Position numbers and translations under genes: made by a program. DNA of 11,656 nt from the NCBI GenBank assembly GCA_964510165.1, contig CAZEBC010000097.1, forward strand, positions 2,909-14,564, read 5' to 3'. Positions 8,003-11,656 of this stretch are shown in pieces (position 1 is the stretch's first letter; the number at the start of each line of letters is the position of its first letter). This DNA comes from an uncultured bacterium (GTDB lineage: Bacteria; Abyssobacteria; SURF-5). The notes beneath the pieces were generated by a model. That model was not told the origin of the DNA and made no database searches. It worked only from the letters and a program-made list of their open reading frames with translations.

Positions 8003-8894
8003 AATGATCCGGATGAAGGACAATCTCCGATTGTGCTTCGTTCTTGACCTCTAACGCATTATAGGAGCTTCGCACGAACGGACCGGACGCGACAGCCCGG
8101 AACCCTAATTTGATTCCGAGAGCGCGATATCGGTCGAACGCGGCCGGCTCGATGAACCTCACCACGGCGAGATGTTCGCGCGACGGCCTCAGGTATTGTC
8201 CGATGGTCAGTATATCGCAGTCTACCTGCCGAAGGTCTGCCATTGCCTGCTCGACCTCGTCATCTCGCTCGCCAAGGCCCACCATGAGGCCCGACTTGGT
8301 GAGCGCGTGAGGACGAATGGCTTTCGCGAGGCGCAGCACTTCAAGGGAAACGCGGTAATCGGCCTCGGGCCTGACCATCGGATACAGCGAGGGAACGGTC
8401 TCGATGTTGTGGTTGAATACTTCGGGACCTGCCTCAACCACGGCCCGAACCGATTCGGCCCGCCCCTTAAAATCGGGCACAAGCACCTCAACCGTGATCC
8501 CTGGATTCAATTCCCTGAGCTTCCTAATCGCCCTCACGAAATGGCCCGCGCCTCCATCTTCGAGGTCGTCCCGCGTGACCGAGGTCACGACGACATGACG
8601 CAGTTTCATCTCGCGCGCGGCCAACGCCAGGCGTTCGGGTTCTGAATCCTCCAACGGAGCCGGGATGCCGCCGGTCACGGCGCAAAACCGGCACGACCGG
8701 GTGCACACGTTGCCCATGATCAGGAAGGTGGCCGTCCCCTTCGCGAAACACTCACCGGTATTTGGGCATTGGGCGCTCCGGCACACCGTGTTCAGCCGAT
8801 AATGTTCGAGTATCCGTCGGGTGGTCTCGGCCTGCGGGTTTGCCGGCAACCGTTTTCTTATCCACGGCGGAAACTTGCTTTGTGTCAATTGCAT
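7998..8894 (-). CDS. lipA: Lipoyl synthase (radical SAM), about 298 aa
   Basis: Auxiliary-cluster motif CX4CX5C (CRSAQCPNTGEC), radical SAM motif CX3CX2C (CTRSCRFC), VTSVTRDDLEDGGA, NHNIETV, TKSGLMVGLGE, TIGQYLRP and C-terminal VRSSY. The start is either ATG 8894 or GTG 8903. Confidence 0.97.
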   Translation of the reverse strand: MQLTQSKFPPWIRKRLPANPQAETTRRILEHYRLNTVCRSAQCPNTGECFAKGTATFLIMGNVCTRSCRFCAVTGGIPAPLEDSEPERLALAAREMKLRHVVVTSVTRDDLEDGGAGHFVRAIRKLRELNPGITVEVLVPDFKGRAESVRAVVEAGPEVFNHNIETVPSLYPMVRPEADYRVSLEVLRLAKAIRPHALTKSGLMVGLGERDDEVEQAMADLRQVDCDILTIGQYLRPSREHLAVVRFIEPAAFDRYRALGIKLGFRAVASGPFVRSSYNALEVKNEAQSEIVLHPDHS

Positions 8895-8927
8895 AACTCT
8901 CACTTCACGAAACGAGCAAACATATGC

Positions 8928-8956
8928 AGTCTAGCATAGGGATTCTGCAAATGCAA
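8928..8956 (-). promoter_or_regulatory. Putative sigma70-type promoter for the lipA operon
   Basis: The minus strand reads TTGCAT (8956-8951), a 17-nt spacer ending in TGC (extended -10 TGn), then TAGACT (8933-8928), about 35 nt upstream of the lipA start. Confidence 0.6.
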
Positions 8957-9015
8957 CCGTTCCATGATACGTCTTTCTATACAGTTCTTGCGCATGTCCT
9001 GGAGCCGCCGCCATC

Positions 9016-9042
9016 CGTCATTCCCATGCAAGCGGGAATCCA
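9016..9042 (+). repeat. CGTC-type REP-like unit with a dRS3-like core
   Basis: CGTC-ATTCCC-ATGCAAGC-GGGAAT-CCA. The core at 9020-9039 matches the ATTCCC-N8-GGGAAT pattern of Neisseria dRS3 and related GTCATTCCCGCG..GCGGGAATCCA repeats. Confidence 0.8.
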
Positions 9043-9083
9043 TAACAATCGCGGCAACAAAATGTGCGCAACTACTTATGACG

Positions 9084-10448
9084 CTATGCACATCGTGTCG
9101 GCGGAAGATTCGCAGAAAGGAATTTGCCATAACCGGGCTGACCGGTTATGTGCCCTTCCTCCATTATCACCTGGCCGCGGAGTATGGTCATGACGGGCCA
9201 GCCTTTCACCTTCCAGCCATGATACGCGCTGTATGAGTACACGTCATGCATTTCCTTGACATTGAGCGTCTGCTCCCTGCCTGGGTCAACGATCACGATG
9301 TCAGCGTCGGAACCGACCTGCAGTGCGCCCTTCCTCGGATACAATCCAAAAATTTTCGCCGGGTTCTCAGAACAAAGCCGCACAAGTTGTTCAGGCGATA
9401 TGTGGCCGGCATTGACTCCCTTGTCGAAAAGGAGGGGAAGCATGGTCTCGACTCCCGGCATGCCCGGCTTCGCGGTCCACAGTTCGGCCTTCTCCTCGGG
9501 CGAGAGCGGGCAATGGTCCGAGCCGATGGTGTCAAATGTGCCGGCCTTGACCTCGCGCCAGAGTTGTTCGATGTCGTCTTTGCCTCTGAGGGGAGGATTG
9601 ACCTTGCCCCACACCTTGTCGGTATCAAACCGCGTAAGTGTCAGGTATTGGGGGCACGTTTCCGCCCACACCCTGAGTCCTTCGGCCCGCGCGCGCCTGA
9701 TGAGGTCGCCGCCCTCCTTAATTGAGACATGGACGATGTAGAGCGGACATCTGGTGAGCTTCGCCAGATGCGTGACGGTCGCTATTCCGTGCGCCTCGCA
9801 TTCGTTCGGACGCGCGTCGTGCCAGTGCGCGTCGGGGGGCGGGTCCTTCATAAGCGCGTCTCGCAAGCGGAAGAAAAGGTCGGGACTCTCGCAATGCACC
9901 ATTGCGACCGCACCCGCATTGGCTATCTCGCGCATCCCCAGGAATATGAGTCCCTCGTCAATGTCGCGGACGCCCGGAATCGCCTCGCTGCCCTTGTAAG
10001 GGAGCAGGAACTTGAACGATGTGATGCCGCGCTTGACCAGTTCACCCACCTCGCCAATTTGCTCCGGCTTGAATATGATGGCGTGGAACGAGCAATCCAC
10101 GTGGGCCGACATATCGTATATCTGTCTGAACACGTCGAGGCTGTCCACGATGTGCTCAAGCGACGCGATGAACGGCAGCACCGTCGTCACGCCTCCGGCC
10201 GCCGCCGAGCGCGTCATGAGCCCGAACGATTCATCCAGCGGAGTGTCCACATATCGGAAATGCACATGCGGGTCCACCAGTCCGGGCAATACATACTTGC
10301 CCGAAGCGTCAATCACCCGCTCGGCGCCGGGAAGTTTGTCCTTCCTGCCGATGGCGACGATCTTGCCGTCTTCCACCGCCAGGCTGCCCGTGAGACGTCC
10401 CGTCGGCGTGACGATTGTGCCCCCGTCTATCCGTATGGTTGCCGTCAT
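9084..10448 (-). CDS. Cyclic amidohydrolase (dihydropyrimidinase/hydantoinase, allantoinase, dihydroorotase superfamily), 454 aa
   Basis: Motifs IDASGKYVLPGLVDPHVH, AAAGGVTT, carboxylated-Lys motif GITSFK, VHCE, IVHVS, ETCPQYL, NPPLR, GSDHCP, NPAKIFGLYPRKG and GSDADIVI. RBS AAGGA 7 nt upstream of ATG 10448. Confidence 0.9.
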   Translation of the reverse strand: MTATIRIDGGTIVTPTGRLTGSLAVEDGKIVAIGRKDKLPGAERVIDASGKYVLPGLVDPHVHFRYVDTPLDESFGLMTRSAAAGGVTTVLPFIASLEHIVDSLDVFRQIYDMSAHVDCSFHAIIFKPEQIGEVGELVKRGITSFKFLLPYKGSEAIPGVRDIDEGLIFLGMREIANAGAVAMVHCESPDLFFRLRDALMKDPPPDAHWHDARPNECEAHGIATVTHLAKLTRCPLYIVHVSIKEGGDLIRRARAEGLRVWAETCPQYLTLTRFDTDKVWGKVNPPLRGKDDIEQLWREVKAGTFDTIGSDHCPLSPEEKAELWTAKPGMPGVETMLPLLFDKGVNAGHISPEQLVRLCSENPAKIFGLYPRKGALQVGSDADIVIVDPGREQTLNVKEMHDVYSYSAYHGWKVKGWPVMTILRGQVIMEEGHITGQPGYGKFLSANLPPTRCA

Positions 10449-10520
10449 CCTCTATTCCTTTCGCTTCACTTGCCGCGAGACGAAATGAGCCTGAAGAAAA
10501 GCGACTTCGACACTTTCCAA

Positions 10521-10550
10521 AATATAGCATCCACAGATTTGCGCTGTCAA
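10521..10550 (-). promoter_or_regulatory. Putative sigma70-type promoter for the amidohydrolase gene
   Basis: The minus strand reads a perfect TTGACA (10550-10545), an 18-nt spacer ending in TGC (extended -10), then TATATT (10526-10521). Confidence 0.7.
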
Positions 10551-10589
10551 CGGCGCAGAGTAGCGCAACGCCGCGGAGCCCCAACCGAA

Positions 10590-10634
10590 CGTTAAATCGG
10601 GGACATGATGCCTCATCGTGTCACCGATTTAACG
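10590..10634. repeat. Long inverted repeat (21-bp arms, 3-nt loop) between divergent promoters
   Basis: CGTTAAATCGGGGACATGATG-CCT-CATCGTGTCACCGATTTAACG. 19 of 21 positions are Watson-Crick complementary. Confidence 0.85.
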
Positions 10635-10640
10635 CCCCAC

Positions 10641-10669
10641 TTGCTCATGGCGACGGATATGAGTATCAT
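10641..10669 (+). promoter_or_regulatory. Putative sigma70-type promoter for the 3-hydroxyacyl-CoA dehydrogenase gene
   Basis: TTGCTC (10641-10646), a 17-nt spacer, then TATCAT (10664-10669), 70 nt upstream of ATG 10739. Confidence 0.5.
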
Positions 10670-10738
10670 AGCAGGGACAGCTATACGAAAATCGGTCTGA
10701 GAGCAAGTCACAACCACAATGAAAGCGAGGCGAGTGCA

Positions 10739-11614
10739 ATGAAGATCGAAGACATCAAAAAAATCTGTGTGGTGGGTGCTGGCAACATGGGACATCAGAT
10801 ATCGCTCTTGTGCGCTCTGTACGGCTACAAGACTACGTGCACCGACATCGTGGAGGAACAACTCAAGAAGGCCGAGAATTTCGCCGACACCTACCTGCCC
10901 GGCCGCGTCAAGAAGGGAAAGCTGACCGAGGAACAGGCGAAACAGGCGCGCGCGAACCTCTCGTTCACCTCCAACCTGCAGGAAGCCGTCAAGGACGCCG
11001 ACTATGTCATCGAGGCCGCCATCGAGGTCCTTCACATCAAGAGGAAGGTCTTCGCCGACCTTGACAAGTTCGCTCCTGCGCATGCGATTTTGGCGACGAA
11101 CAGCTCGGCCATCGTCAGTTCGCGCATAGCCGACGCCACCAAGCGCCCGGACAAAGTGGTCAATCTCCACTTCTTCAATCCGGCCCTCGTCATGAAACTG
11201 GTCGAGGTCGTCAAAGGCCCGCATGTGTCCGATGAGACGGCGCAGGTATCCATGGACCTCTGCCGCAAGCTCGAGAAAGTGCCCGTGCTGCTCAAAAAAG
11301 AGGTGGACGGCTTCGTGGTCAACCGGATTATATTCGCGCTCACCAGAGAGGCGCTGTGGCTGCAAGAGATGGGAGTGGCCTCCGCCGAGGACATCGACAA
11401 CGCGATGGTGTATGGAGCCGGCCACCCGATGGGGCCGTTCCGCCTGATGGACCTCATCGGCGTCGACCTCCAATACACGCTCGACATCGAGAAATTCAAG
11501 AAGACCGGCAACCAATGCGACCTGCCGTACCCGAGCGTTGTGAAGCTGTATACCGAAGGCCGTCACGGCCAAAAGGTCGGAAAAGGATGGTACGACTATC
11601 CGGAGAAGAAGTAG
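10739..11614 (+). CDS. hbd: 3-hydroxybutyryl-/3-hydroxyacyl-CoA dehydrogenase (NAD-dependent), about 291 aa
   Basis: Rossmann motif VVGAGNMGHQI, plus ADYVIEAAIE, ILATNSS, catalytic LHFFNP..MKLVEVV, GFVVNRI, AEDIDNAM..GAGHPMGPF.LMDLIGVD and G.K.GKGWYDY. ATG 10739 is preceded by GAGG. Confidence 0.9.
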   Translation: MKIEDIKKICVVGAGNMGHQISLLCALYGYKTTCTDIVEEQLKKAENFADTYLPGRVKKGKLTEEQAKQARANLSFTSNLQEAVKDADYVIEAAIEVLHIKRKVFADLDKFAPAHAILATNSSAIVSSRIADATKRPDKVVNLHFFNPALVMKLVEVVKGPHVSDETAQVSMDLCRKLEKVPVLLKKEVDGFVVNRIIFALTREALWLQEMGVASAEDIDNAMVYGAGHPMGPFRLMDLIGVDLQYTLDIEKFKKTGNQCDLPYPSVVKLYTEGRHGQKVGKGWYDYPEKK

Positions 11615-11656
11615 ACTCGCACCGCGGCACAGCCGCAACCAAAGCCGCTCACCCTG

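Noticed and set aside
9061..9088. Resemblance of GTGCGCA...TTATG to a XerCD dif site
   Set aside because: The spacing does not fit the 11-6-11 architecture, and the XerD arm TTATGTTAAAT is not matched beyond TTATG.
8900..9130. 76-aa minus-strand ORF in the lipA-amidohydrolase spacer, plus the overlapping plus-strand ORFs
   Set aside because: Its MDSRLHGNDG segment is simply the translated CGTC repeat, and it overlaps the promoter candidate and the 3' end of the amidohydrolase.
10644..10663. CTCAT-N10-ATGAG dyad within the hbd promoter spacer, considered as an operator
   Set aside because: The arms are only 5 bp, which is easily chance, and no regulator gene is in the window.
10613..11638. 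341-aa minus-strand ORF opposite hbd
   Set aside because: It is an antisense shadow of a strongly codon-biased gene, with no family motifs.
11615..11656. GC-rich sequence after hbd (CACCGCGGCACAGCCGCAACCAAAGCCGC), considered as a terminator or repeat
   Set aside because: There is no convincing stem with a U-tract, and the window edge truncates it, so it cannot be evaluated.

Overview
GC-rich bacterial chromosomal segment made almost entirely of metabolic and housekeeping genes. A tightly packed minus-strand run reads lipA, a stand-alone acidic lipoyl-carrier protein, an AlaC-type aminotransferase, a subgroup I-beta aspartate aminotransferase, homoserine dehydrogenase, a YhaM-like OB+HD nuclease and a large, probably exported PHP-domain (CehA/McbA-like) metallohydrolase. 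It appears to start from a sigma70-like promoter at 8928-8956. Upstream on the same strand is a cyclic amidohydrolase (dihydropyrimidinase/allantoinase/dihydroorotase superfamily), divergent from a 3-hydroxyacyl(butyryl)-CoA dehydrogenase. Each of the larger intergenic spaces holds a different palindrome: two CGTC-type REP-like units, a GTAG REP doublet that supplies the lipA stop codon, a 21-bp-arm inverted repeat between divergent promoters, and a hairpin joining the hom stop to the yhaM start. I see no CRISPR array, tRNA/rRNA, transposase or defence system. The best candidate for something undescribed is the LipA plus free lipoyl-domain pair with a poly-acidic tail, coupled to amino-acid metabolism genes. 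All family assignments come from recognising motifs by eye, not from database searches.
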